DNA from: Corallochytrium limacisporum Hawaii
Taxonomy: Eukaryota > Protista > Pluriformea
Length of the DNA: 64,000 nt
Direction of reading: 5' to 3'
NCBI GenBank assembly: GCA_002811645.1
Contig: PDIP01000028.1
Location: forward strand, 124,001-188,000
Every line of letters starts with the position of its first letter. The stretch's first letter is position 1. The notes under the pieces were generated by a model that ran no database searches, was not told the DNA's origin, and saw only the letters and a list, made by a program, of their open reading frames with translations. The translations under genes and the position numbers were made by a program. This document shows, in pieces, positions 1-10,798 of this stretch.

Positions 1-639
1 AATATTCAGCAGCAGCTCGGGGCGGAAGGAGAACTCATAGCGCGACACCAACGGTTGCTCCAACAGTTTGAGAAGCTAGAGAAAGAACACAGAAAGCTGG
101 CCAAGGATCACGAAACATTGGTAGAGCGCTTTGTGGCGCTGCAAGTGAAGCAACAGCAAGGGGAGAATGACCACAGGGATACCAAGATCGAGATGGATGC
201 GCGTTTGAACCATGTGGCCACACAACTGGACGATCACATAGCAATGAACCACGCCTTAAGCCTGCAGAACCAGAAACTCCGCCTCATCTTGATGGAGCAA
301 GAAGGCGGCAATGCGAAGCTGACGGAAATAATGGGCTCGGAGAACTTGTCAGTGAAATCAAGCGTTTCGTCAAGATCTTTGTCCTTGAACGAAATGGGGC
401 TAACGATGCCCAGACCAGACAATACCATAGAACGGACTCAGTCCTCAGTGAGTGGAAACTCTCTATCTGGCGTGTCGAAGCTCAGCAGCTGGTTCAAGGG
501 CTTCACCACCGCCAGGAGTCCTCCTTCAAGCGCCATGGCTGCTAGTGACACGGAGCCCGAGCCTTCGCAACAGAACGTTGTTAGTCCACAGGGTCCCAGG
601 CCTCTGGCCGACAACACCCTGGATGAGATATTGTCCTAG
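1..639 (+). CDS. 3' end of a coiled-coil protein (5'-partial), function unknown
   Basis: Frame is open from base 1 to TAG at 637-639. Heptad-rich segment (QQFEKLEKEHRKLAKDHETLVERF) followed by a Ser-rich disordered tail. Confidence 0.7.
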   Translation, partial: NIQQQLGAEGELIARHQRLLQQFEKLEKEHRKLAKDHETLVERFVALQVKQQQGENDHRDTKIEMDARLNHVATQLDDHIAMNHALSLQNQKLRLILMEQEGGNAKLTEIMGSENLSVKSSVSSRSLSLNEMGLTMPRPDNTIERTQSSVSGNSLSGVSKLSSWFKGFTTARSPPSSAMAASDTEPEPSQQNVVSPQGPRPLADNTLDEILS

Positions 640-1051
640 CGCTGCCATTCGCAATAACCGGCGCCCGCGCCCCACCTTAGCCAATGGTGGATGAAATAGG
701 CTCCACTCACCTACACCGTTGACTGTGGACGAGTATTGACATGAATCTACTTTCCCGTATATTTAATAATCTGGTTTTCAATATACGGGCTCTTGGTGCA
801 ACTTCCCTGGGCGAGACACAGTTGGTGTTGTGCTGATGATTCGGTTCGGCCCTGGACACAAAGATCAAAGAAATAGCTCTACATCGTGACATTGGTGTAT
901 GGAGATATGTTTTAATGATGTTATGGAAACTGATGACTTACATGATGAAATATTGATACGGTGAGATGAGATGGATCTCAAAAATATGAACAACTCTGGG
1001 GAGTGGAATAGTCAAATACATTTCTGCCTACTGTCAACACAGGAACTGTGA

Positions 1052-2947
1052 TCATTCATTGACAAGTCTTGCGTTGTACGTAACCATTTCGCCCAGACCC
1101 TTAACAATTTGGCGCGGTAGCGCATCATATTTGAACTTCTTCGCAACATCCGCTCCCTCAGTTTTCACAGCTTCGATTACGGAGCCGTCGACATGGACGC
1201 GTCCAGTCATTGCCGTAGTCTGCATCCGGCTGGCCAAGTTGACGGTATCACCAATAAGAACCCATCGACGATTTACTGTGCCCAAAATGTCTCCCTGCAC
1301 GCAACCACTACTCAACCCCAGAGTAACCTTGCCGGCAATGCCCCATGGATTGTCCTCGGCACCGAATACGCGCATGTTGCTTACCGCAATCGCAAAGTCC
1401 AGAGCCGTGCTGGCATGAGCTGAGTTTTCTTTCGGGCATCCCGTAATCGAAAACATGGTATCGCTCAAGACGTCAACCTTGGTGATACCGCCAATGCTAT
1501 CCCGGACATCATCTATGCGTTGCCATACATCGTTCAAGTAGGCCAGACGGATATCAGAGTCCAAGCACCCTATAGGTTCGACTTGGATGAAGATGACAGT
1601 GGTGCTATCATAATAGCGGTCTGTATTCTCCAGTTCACCCTCTAGTAGCTGCGCCATAACGTCCTCAGGCATCAGAGTGCCCAGCACTGTGTCACTCAGC
1701 CTCTTAGCATTGCTGACAGCCCGAGCATCCCCCGTGATAGCAGCAACTTCGTGCTGGTGAGTAATCTCCAGCATGCAGTAGTTAATCGTAGAAGATAGGA
1801 CAAACTTAGCCGCCAAATCAGCGAAAACGAAGCCAAGGTTGCTGGCGAAGGGACTGAGGATATCGAAGTAGGTTAGGAAGAATATCAACGGAAACAGAGC
1901 CCAGGTTGTGTAGGACTGGTGGCGGAGCATTCGTAGGATGCCGCTGGAATCTTTTGCTAGAGCAGCCTCCATGCCGTTCAAGTCGCTCTGCACCGCGGAC
2001 ATGCGCCGCAGCAAGGCAGAAGATCGGCGGGCGTGACGTTGCTTCTCTTCGACGTCTAGAAAGCGCATAGCACTCTCAACGCGCTTGAGAGAACCGGTGT
2101 ACATGCTGAACATCTCCAGCTGCAGCTGCATAAAACAGACACCAGACACGAGAAAGAAGGGCAGAGCCATCCAGAACTCAGGAACGATACTACCAAGCAG
2201 ACCACACAGTGATGTTACTGCACTGAGGCTCATGGTGGTTGCGACGTTGTTGACCGTTGGGTACGTCATGTTCTCAACCATGAGCAGAATACCTGGACAT
2301 GTGAAAATCCATTCCAGGTATCGCACAAAATACATCTGGGACTTAGTGTACGGAAGAGTAACCATAGGTGACATGTCTAATGCGCACAGCAAGGCCGTCA
2401 GAAGCGCGATTCCGTTGACCTGACACATGAGCATGCACATGACCTTTCGCTGCTCACTGATACTGACCAGCATGGAAGTCAAATCAAAAGTCATGGCCAT
2501 AGCAAAGAAACATACGCAGACCTCGTCGGTTATCCGCTCGTACTGTATATCCCAATCAATGATGTCGTCATCCTCTTCATCGAAATTCCAGTCCCCGATG
2601 GCCGACTGAGGTTCCCACCATTCCAAACCAAGCAGCTGCTGGCCGTAGAACAAGGTAATGATGAGAGTGATCATGTAAGCGATTGTGTTGTACCAGAAGA
2701 ACTTCTTGGATGCCTCGCGCAGGCGCTGAGCAGACATTTCAGCTGACTGCCAGTGATGGTTGGCACCCCTTGCCTTGACCGATAGCATGTCAACACCGTG
2801 ATCATCTTCTGACATTATGCTGCTAGTGTCGCTACAGCGCCGACTTGACTCGCTTGTGGTACTAGAATACTTGCGCAGATCGGTTAAGGAGTCTTCCTCC
2901 TCTCCCAGGGTTGCGAACTCGGATCGAGACGCAAGTGCGGCTGCCAT
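1052..2947 (-). CDS. Type-1 rhodopsin / class III nucleotidyl cyclase fusion (RhoGC/CyclOp-like enzymerhodopsin, 8 TM), cyclase site partly degenerate
   Basis: First ATG at 2947 (631 aa). TM3 RYLEWIFTCP; TM6 TWALFPLIF; TM7 DLAAK with the retinal Lys at 1805-1807; extra TM0 (FFWYNTIAYMITLIITLF). Linker VLGTLMPEDV. Cyclase motifs LNDVW, KVDVLSD, LSSG, WVLIGDTVNLASRM, VKGLGEMVTY. Confidence 0.93.
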   Translation of the reverse strand: MAAALASRSEFATLGEEEDSLTDLRKYSSTTSESSRRCSDTSSIMSEDDHGVDMLSVKARGANHHWQSAEMSAQRLREASKKFFWYNTIAYMITLIITLFYGQQLLGLEWWEPQSAIGDWNFDEEDDDIIDWDIQYERITDEVCVCFFAMAMTFDLTSMLVSISEQRKVMCMLMCQVNGIALLTALLCALDMSPMVTLPYTKSQMYFVRYLEWIFTCPGILLMVENMTYPTVNNVATTMSLSAVTSLCGLLGSIVPEFWMALPFFLVSGVCFMQLQLEMFSMYTGSLKRVESAMRFLDVEEKQRHARRSSALLRRMSAVQSDLNGMEAALAKDSSGILRMLRHQSYTTWALFPLIFFLTYFDILSPFASNLGFVFADLAAKFVLSSTINYCMLEITHQHEVAAITGDARAVSNAKRLSDTVLGTLMPEDVMAQLLEGELENTDRYYDSTTVIFIQVEPIGCLDSDIRLAYLNDVWQRIDDVRDSIGGITKVDVLSDTMFSITGCPKENSAHASTALDFAIAVSNMRVFGAEDNPWGIAGKVTLGLSSGCVQGDILGTVNRRWVLIGDTVNLASRMQTTAMTGRVHVDGSVIEAVKTEGADVAKKFKYDALPRQIVKGLGEMVTYNARLVNE

Positions 2948-4698
2948 ACTTAAGAAAGTTCTTTGTAAGGCCAGCCGTCCAAGTATACAAACCCTAGGGC
3001 CGCAATATCCCACTATCTTACACTATACGGTTTCCGGCACAAAGGTCCGGCCTACAATAACATTGACTACTTATAACCTAATTTTTCTGTTGCGCGTTCC
3101 TTCAAAATGCTGTTCGAAAGGTAATTTGCAACACTATGATCTAATGATCATTCAGCCTTCGAGTACCAGACAGTCTATCACGCAGGCAGGGCGACTAAAT
3201 GGGAATTGCACCAAGATTTACGACAGTCTACCATCTTCGCGGTTGTGCTACTTATCATACTCCAGCTTTCGTGCGCCAACCACCACTGTGCTCTGTCCGT
3301 GTATTGAATGGATGTCTCACACCACATCTTGTTTCGTGTGCTCTTGGGAATATGAAACACAGGTGCCAGTGGTCCTCCCTACTGCACACTCAATTGGTTC
3401 TCCGTTTCGCTTCACGTACGAGAACTGGAATGGGACCCGCGCTGGAGAACAAGAAGGAAGGAGAACAAAATCTGCACACCCAGCCGACCATAAATCAACG
3501 GCGGAAAATGGAGCGGGTGGGGAACGAGCCGTGCAAAATGGCGGGAGACGAGAACGCCAGGGGAAAGGGGAGGGGGGGGGGGGGGGGAAGAATTGCGATG
3601 AGCTCTGCATACACTTTCAGTACTACCAGGATTGGGATGCGAGCCCACGCAGTGGGCGTTGGACGAATCGAAGTATTTTGCATCCAAGTAACAGCTTTAG
3701 ATTTGTACGGGCTATTCGTGCGTCATGATGGAGCCCGTAAGAAAAATCTTGGCCGTACGAAATGTACATGGAGAATAATGCAGATGCGTACTTCTTCCTT
3801 GCTGCACACTAATTTGGATAGGAGCTGATACACACTGCTTGGAATTTGCTTTGTTTGAAAGTTGTTGGCTGGTACTCCAGCGTATCTGCCATTAGGAATC
3901 CGACGCCTGCCATCGGACATGACATAATGCCATCGTATATGATCGCAATTCAAGAGTCTCCATAAAGGTCCATCCCTAGCTGATTGCCATCAGAGCATCG
4001 TACTGAATCAAGGGTAAGGTGTTGTTATCACACACGGATACGGCAAACTTGCTTTCTCTTTTGATGGTCCGTGTCATAGAACGTTATTATCGCGAAGGAG
4101 TAGCTCCGGTGCTCGTACACCGATATCCCATGTCCTGCCATGTCAGAACTCACCGTGAACCACACAACACAATGAGGTAGCGGGAGTCTCTGTGCGTGTT
4201 GTCTTTGCACAGGACAACATTCATCACAGGACACGACAAGATCACCAACAGGAACCTAACAAATATCAACATGTCTGTGCATATTGATCACGAACATCAG
4301 TTCCACTGCTCACCGGCAAGCCAATTTCTCAGCTCTCGGGTGGGACCTGCATCTCTGATCTATGGCCACCTTTCCCCGCCCCTCAATCGATTCCGTATTT
4401 TGACACTTTGATCGCCCCCTCTTTCTCGGCCCGTCTCCGCTCTGGGCGATCGAATTATATTCACATAGCAAAAATAGTGGTATTCCTTAGATTAACGAGA
4501 CCCCGGGGGAGCGAATAAGGCCAGGTGGACGAGGTTGCCAAGTGATTCCGCTCGCTCGACTCCGCTCGTGAGGGAGTTTGGGTGGTCCCCTACTGAGTTG
4601 TAGAGAAAGTGGCCACGCCAAAGGCCCCCTTCCCCGCACCAACAAGGAGGGAGAGGGAAGGAGGAAAATTCTGTCAACGGAGTCATAGAATTTATCTG

Positions 4699-4719
4699 CC
4701 CCCCCCCCCCCCCCGGGGG
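4699..4719. promoter_or_regulatory. C16G5 tract, example of the recurrent intergenic C(n)G(n) palindrome
   Basis: Seen directly. Similar tracts at 4501, 4792, 5936 and 6441 in the same divergent intergenic region. Regulatory role is inferred. Confidence 0.35.
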
Positions 4720-6874
4720 TCGGATATCCAACGGGGTGCTGGGAGTGGGCCTCACACTGCGGGCCGCCGAGCAAAATTGGGGTTTGCTGGTCCCCCCGGG
4801 GGAAGCTGGCATTTCAATTATATATCCGGAGTTTCTTTTAAATCAGCCTCACCTCCCTTGCCCCCTCCTGGTGATGCGTATATTTCAAAGAAGTAGGTAT
4901 AAACAATTCAGGTATTGACGAGAGGGTGGTCAGGAGTCTATTTCTATCCCCAACCCCCTCGGGGTCGGGGGTTTGAGGCGGGTCCGCTGCGGGCCTTAAA
5001 AAAATTCGCCCTTCCAACACACACAGTTTCTGCTCGCCCCACACACAGCCCAACCCGTCACACATGCACGGCTCAGCTAAAAGAGGTAAGGCACCGCAGT
5101 AGCGGTGGAGCCCAGCACTTCGACACCCCTTCCCTGGTTCTTACTGTGCGGTTCCTCCATAGACAACATATCAATACGTTTCAGAGTCCGCCACTATATG
5201 TCACATGCGCTCCTTGCTTCCCGTGATCCTGATGTTGACGTTGAGAGATGGAGTCCGCAGGAGAACGCAGTACATTAAGTATGGAGAATTCCAAATCCTT
5301 TGCACCAGGACTTCGACCGTCCTCCCATGTCTCCACACTTCAATGGAAATCCTCGGCAATAAAGGGTGACCTACGCACTGAAAAATGACATCGCCTATTT
5401 TGAACCTGTGAGAGCGATTTCACCACATATTTACCATACACCCGACGGACCGCAAGATAGGAGGTTATTGAAAAGGGAGGTGTGTGCGGACCTGCCTATG
5501 TCTCTATTACCCGTCCTTTCAGTTTTGCACACAGCTCACAATTGCACCGGGTGAGTTGGCGGTTGTGCCCAACCGCATACTAAAACACCTGTGACTCAGA
5601 AACTCAAGAATCGTCGGGACAAGCATACCCGCAAAATGCAGCAGGCTGTGGTCTTCGCTTTCGAATTAAGTCCGTTGATTATGTATGTCTTTCCCCTACC
5701 ATTTTCGGATTCATTCGCTGCGCTGCCTCCCTGCACGGGCGATCGTTTTACCCCAAGCATCGTGCGCTCTTGCACTGGATGATTAATTCTCGGTACCCTT
5801 AATCCACATATTTACTATAGAAACGAAGCGATAGATGTCGGGCATCAAGCTCTGACATTAAGGTCCTATCGAACTTCAGAACACCTGCCCTTTGAGCTGG
5901 CTGCGGTTGCGTTTCTGGAAAGCGGTGGTGCACGACCCCCGGGGCGCGGGGGGAAGGGAGAGTCGGGGCATTTTTTTTCTCTTTTAGTGCGTTCCATTCT
6001 CGCGTTTTGGAAGGGAGGGGTGTCAGCCAGCGCTTCAATCCCGGAAGCGGCCAGGCCTGCAAGCAGCAGCGGGGCAGCCCGCTTATCCCTGGCTTGCAGC
6101 TGTGAGTCTAAAAAATTATGCAGTACGTTCAGTTCTGAGAACTCCTATGGGGAAGTTGGGAGTACGTTTTAGACCTTGCGTTTTTCTGCCAGCCCAGCCC
6201 CGACCAGGCGCGGCGTTCGCCCCCCCCCTCCCCCCCCACCTCTCCCGGGCACGAAGACCCACGCAGTTGCAGCCAACGCAACGACCTTGAAAAAAATTTG
6301 CGCGAACAATTGGATACGTGTTGTCCGGATCGAGCTCATTGTCACCGGCGAAATCAATACTTAATAAACGATCTGGTGGTGTACCTTGGGATGTGCCTGC
6401 AGGTATGCAACCGGGCGAGAGGGACGTGCCTACCCTAGTGCCCCGGGGGGAATGGACGTGCATAATTTTTTTTGGTCCGCCCCCCAGCAGTCGTGCAATT
6501 TCAAGGCAGAAGAAAATGTACCGCAAACTGAGTCGTGGGAAGAGGAAGAACCCCCGGGCTGACCTAGAATGATCGCCAAAGACCAAGAAAACCCCCTATT
6601 GCGTTCCCCCCCCCCCAAACGACAATCAGTGATAGAGAACGGAAATCGATCGGAAGGGGAGAAGTTTTCCATAGTTCCAGTACTAAAATTGTTATGAGCT
6701 GGTTCCTCCTTTTGACGGCACAAGCCACCTGATTACGACAAAAATCACGAAATGGTCAGGACATGGCCGGTTTGTTTAGCACATCCCGTTGGGTTTGTCC
6801 ATAGTTTCTGTGTTCGTACACGCATTTGCGCATTGTTTTCTGTGCGAAATAGTTTTGGGCTACTTGAAAACCTC

Positions 6875-6882
6875 TATAAATA
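6875..6882 (+). promoter_or_regulatory. Putative TATA box of the cysteine dioxygenase gene
   Basis: TATAAATA about 120 bp upstream of the ATG at 6998. Confidence 0.45.
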
Positions 6883-6997
6883 CAAGTAAATTGCAGCTGT
6901 TTTCGGCGCTCTAGAACATTTCTAATTCGTGCGATTTGCGGTGTGACAGGAGTGGTATTTAACCGTGTCCGAATAGATCATTATCAGATTCTACATT

Positions 6998-7723
6998 ATG
7001 AGTAACCAAGCATTAGAGAACACTGGCGTTTCTGTTACTGCCAACGGAAAGATGACCTGCGATCAGCATTGTCACGTGTCCACTGAGTGTACCTGCAAGC
7101 ACTCTTCGGGTAAGCGCTACTGCCTCGGCGGTATGGGTCCCAACGTCTGCAAGGAGGCACCGGTGCCAAAGAACCTCGTGGAATTGCAGGATCTGCTCCG
7201 GGAGGCTCTGAGCAGTGAGAGGGGTGACATTGATTACATCTTGGCAGTTATGGCAAACTACGCGTCCAACGCGGACGACTGGAAGCAATATGCTTTCTAC
7301 GCTCCTCACAGATACACTCGGAATCTGGTTGATGTCGGCAACGGTGCGTACAATCTCATGATCCTTTGTTGGAGTGAAGGTCAGGCTAGCAGCGTACACG
7401 ACCATGCTGATAGCCATTGCTTCATGAAGCTGCTTGAGGGTGAACTGATTGAGGAACTGTACGAAATGCCCGAGGACCATGATGGTCGGGACGAGAGTCT
7501 TACCCTGCGTTCCAGAACTACTCTGGAGAAGAATGCTGTAGCTTACATTGACGACAAGATCGGTCTGCACCGTATGGTCAATGCAAGCCACACCCGGAGA
7601 GCTGCATCCCTGCATCTTTACTGCCCTCCTTATGACAAATGCAAAGCCTTTGATGTCAACACTGGCCACGCCAAGCGCTGCGGCAACATCGTCTTCTACT
7701 CACAAATGGGCGAGAAGATTTAG
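6998..7723 (+). CDS. CDO1: Cysteine dioxygenase type 1
   Basis: YTRNLVD, NLMILCW, HDH..SHCF, GLHR and SLHLY: the 3-His iron site and the Cys-Tyr crosslink residues are present. Confidence 0.96.
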   Translation: MSNQALENTGVSVTANGKMTCDQHCHVSTECTCKHSSGKRYCLGGMGPNVCKEAPVPKNLVELQDLLREALSSERGDIDYILAVMANYASNADDWKQYAFYAPHRYTRNLVDVGNGAYNLMILCWSEGQASSVHDHADSHCFMKLLEGELIEELYEMPEDHDGRDESLTLRSRTTLEKNAVAYIDDKIGLHRMVNASHTRRAASLHLYCPPYDKCKAFDVNTGHAKRCGNIVFYSQMGEKI

Positions 7724-8291
7724 GTGCCACCCAACAAACAACAGACATCATGGAGCATCATCCATCCCAACACAGATCTGACTTTTAGCATACTACTTTA
7801 AGATTCGCATCACTGACATGCAAGTCTATCAATATTAAAAATATTCTGAATCCGAAATCTCATCAATAAGGCCATCGTGTATCCACGCCCACAAAACTCA
7901 CCCCCCAATCCCAATTTTCACATACGGTCTCTCGAATTTCCCCAACCCCGTTTTCCGGTTGCCGGTTGGTACCGCCCCATTCAAGAGGTACATTCAATAT
8001 TGTTCCCTACTCTGTCAGTGTCTTTCTACCGGCCATGCAGTAACCGCCCCAATGGACCCACCCATGAGGAGGTACCACTGGCACTGAGTTCAATTGGGCT
8101 GTTGCAACACAGGTATTCAATCTCTCAAGGCAGACAAGAAGCTTATGGGATTCGCGACATATCAAATTCGGGACGCTGTTTAGTTGTATGGCTATTTGTG
8201 CTGACTTTCTGCGACCGATCCGACCAGACAGACATATCGCCAACCCCCCTTGGCGCATCGCCTTTGTGCACACAATACAGACAGCTTCAAG

Positions 8292-8804
8292 ATGGCTGCA
8301 GAAGAACCGGAAGATTTTCCTAAGGAGCTCAAAAGCATTTTGGCTAGTTTTGATGATGCCCTGAAGGAAGCGGAAAGTAAGATCAAAGTGATTGTGGAGA
8401 ATGAAACGCAACAGACACGGCAGAAGCTCTCTCCCATCGAGCAGTGTCAACTAGAACTGTCATCAGCGTACGCAATGAATGCATTGTACTATGTATATCT
8501 GCGTACGCAGGGTATTGATCCTGCAGAGCATCCTTTGATGGCGGAAATAGACCGGGTGAAGACCTACATGGAAAAGCTGGAGGAAGCACGAAAAGAAGCC
8601 GAGGAGAAGGGTATTGAGGTGCCTCCACCACTGGTCTCGGCTGCCACAACTAGGCGGATGATGGAGCGCGTGCTCAAGGATACGGGTATGACCGAACCAA
8701 AAGATGACAAGGAGCAGACTGACAGAAAAGATAGCAGCAAGAAGCACGCCGCCCCCGATGGCGATGGGTCGAAAGGCTCCAGGAAGAAGCGGAAGAAGAA
8801 GTAA
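8292..8804 (+). CDS. C1D: Nuclear exosome cofactor C1D/Rrp47 (Sas10/Utp3/C1D family)
   Basis: LSPIEQCQLELSSAYAMNALYYVYLRTQGIDPAEHPLMAEIDRVKTYMEK signature; basic C-terminal NLS; first ATG at 8292. Confidence 0.9.
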   Translation: MAAEEPEDFPKELKSILASFDDALKEAESKIKVIVENETQQTRQKLSPIEQCQLELSSAYAMNALYYVYLRTQGIDPAEHPLMAEIDRVKTYMEKLEEARKEAEEKGIEVPPPLVSAATTRRMMERVLKDTGMTEPKDDKEQTDRKDSSKKHAAPDGDGSKGSRKKRKKK

Positions 8805-8942
8805 CAGATACCCAACTGTATCATAAAGTCTCTTCGTAGTATCATAAGCATTAGATGCAAGTGTAAATACAAATGTTAATAAACCAAGGCTCTATTGGTT
8901 CGCTAGTACATACTAGACTTAAGCTATCGATACTAGTACAGT

Positions 8943-9335
8943 TTACTCGGCGATGGTATCAATGAACTGGGCTAGCTTGATGTCGCGCTCAGACAAACCA
9001 CCGCAGTCGTGAGTGGCCAAGGTGATCTGGACCTTGTTGTAAACATTGAACCATTCGGGATGATGGTCCATCTTTTCAGCCTGCAGAGCAACCCGGCTCA
9101 TGAATCCCCAGGCCTGAATGAAATTCTGGAAGACAACCTCGCGGTAGATGGCATCACGGCCTTCAACCATAGTCCACTTGGGGATCTTGGCCAGCTCCTG
9201 GGAGCGAATGCTGTCCTCAAGCTTCTGCACCATCCTGCTGCTATAGTATCTTAAAGTAAGGGGCACTTTCAAAGTATGAACAGGGCTGGCCTCGCTTGCA
9301 AGTCTGACAGTCGTCAACAGGATACTCATTAGCAT
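8943..9335 (-). CDS. PCBD: Pterin-4-alpha-carbinolamine dehydratase with likely mitochondrial presequence
   Basis: [43 protein letters not shown]. Second in-frame ATG at 9233. Confidence 0.96.
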   Translation of the reverse strand: MLMSILLTTVRLASEASPVHTLKVPLTLRYYSSRMVQKLEDSIRSQELAKIPKWTMVEGRDAIYREVVFQNFIQAWGFMSRVALQAEKMDHHPEWFNVYNKVQITLATHDCGGLSERDIKLAQFIDTIAE

Positions 9336-10798
9336 CGTGTTGGCTCTTTTGCCACATTGATCTGCACAACTGGCAATTCCTTACGCTTTGTATAGGTACT
9401 TGAACATACAACTTCACAAGGAGAATGACCTACTCGTGCGCATAACAAACGGATTGAAAAATGTTTCAATTCATGGATCCGTGGGTTTGCTGCGGCGTAT
9501 CTCCGTGTCTGCAGTGGATCATGGCAAAGCATCTTCGAGTAGGGACTACACCTCATAACCCCCCCCCTCTCATTCCATCAGTTCTGGGCCGTGGGACAAT
9601 GAAACAGCATACATTCACTATAGCCATAACCGAGAGCGGTCTTCACCTAAATATATTATCTGAATCAATGACTATGTAAACCGTTACTGCAGTCTGCAGA
9701 AGTGCGCAACTTTGGACGGACCGAACATTGAATCACCCCCTCCTCATGATTCTCCTTCTCTTTCCCGAGTACCACAAAGAAAGTTTTGGGAAATTGCGGA
9801 GGAAGTATATTTCCTAAAAAATAACGTCCCGTTCAAAGAAACTACTGCCGCCCTGCTACCGGTTAGGAATGAAGCAAAAAATTGACTTCGCGAGCCGTGG
9901 GTTGGGGGGGGGGTTCCGGGGTTGGAGGGGATCACAAAATGGAGCACGAAGCCCCAACCCCTTCCCCCAACACCACCAGTGCAACTGCCGGGAGCCCACG
10001 AAGCAAGGGAGGACACCCTGTCCGGGGCGCAGTAACAAAAGGGTCGGAGACAGGGGGTGAGAGACACAGCCAGCCCTCTGGCGTATGCGTGTGTGTGTGT
10101 GTGCACAAAGGGACAATGAATTCAACACACCCTTGCGTGACACCAAGGGGAAGAAAACAAAGAAATGAAAGCCGTTCGTAAAGTCTGTTCAGTATTAACG
10201 GTTCACTGCAAATCTTTCGGTCGCCAAAACAAGCAACTCGGGAGGGGCCCGAGGAGGGGAAACCGAACGGGAACGAATGGACTGGTCCAAGTGTCTACCT
10301 GCGAGGAAAAACACCCAGGCTCGATACACACACTGCAAACCCAGTCACATTAATTGCACGACCACAGCCTTTCATCTCTCCCTCTGCTTCGGTCTACCCA
10401 TACTTGGCCTGGAAGAGATCCATAGGAAAGGAAGTATCTCGCCGGGGTTACTTCATCTCTGGGGCATCTCGGTGGAATGGCTGTGGTGGTGACGCGGTGA
10501 ATTTTTTGGGTCCTGGTTGACCTGCCTGCTAGGTCATTGTGTGAATACCTGCTTTCTATGATGCACAATTCTTTAGCAATGTCTACTCACGCTTCTTTGC
10601 GACTGGATTGTAGAGAAGGGATGCTTTGACTTGACCAGCTGTTTGCGTACTTGAACCTAATGGCTTGGATGCGTGTCTAAGATAGTCCTGTTGTCGCTGC
10701 ACATATGATCCTGGATTGAAAGGATGTATTACAGAACTTCACCAGAGAAAATGACCTAACGGAACACGCAATACCACGAACACCCGTAGAGCACAAAC

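Noticed and set aside
830-950. CTGATGA...GAAA hammerhead-like cores
   Set aside because: No stem II or flanking stems can form.
2817-3828. 303-aa and 209-aa plus-strand ORFs
   Set aside because: They overlap the rhodopsin gene antisense and its homopolymer-rich promoter, use non-ATG starts and show no recognisable motifs.
7013-7669. 218-aa antisense ORF over CDO1 (similar cases at 13368, 30100, 35058, 58265)
   Set aside because: Shadow ORFs caused by codon bias of the real genes on the opposite strand.
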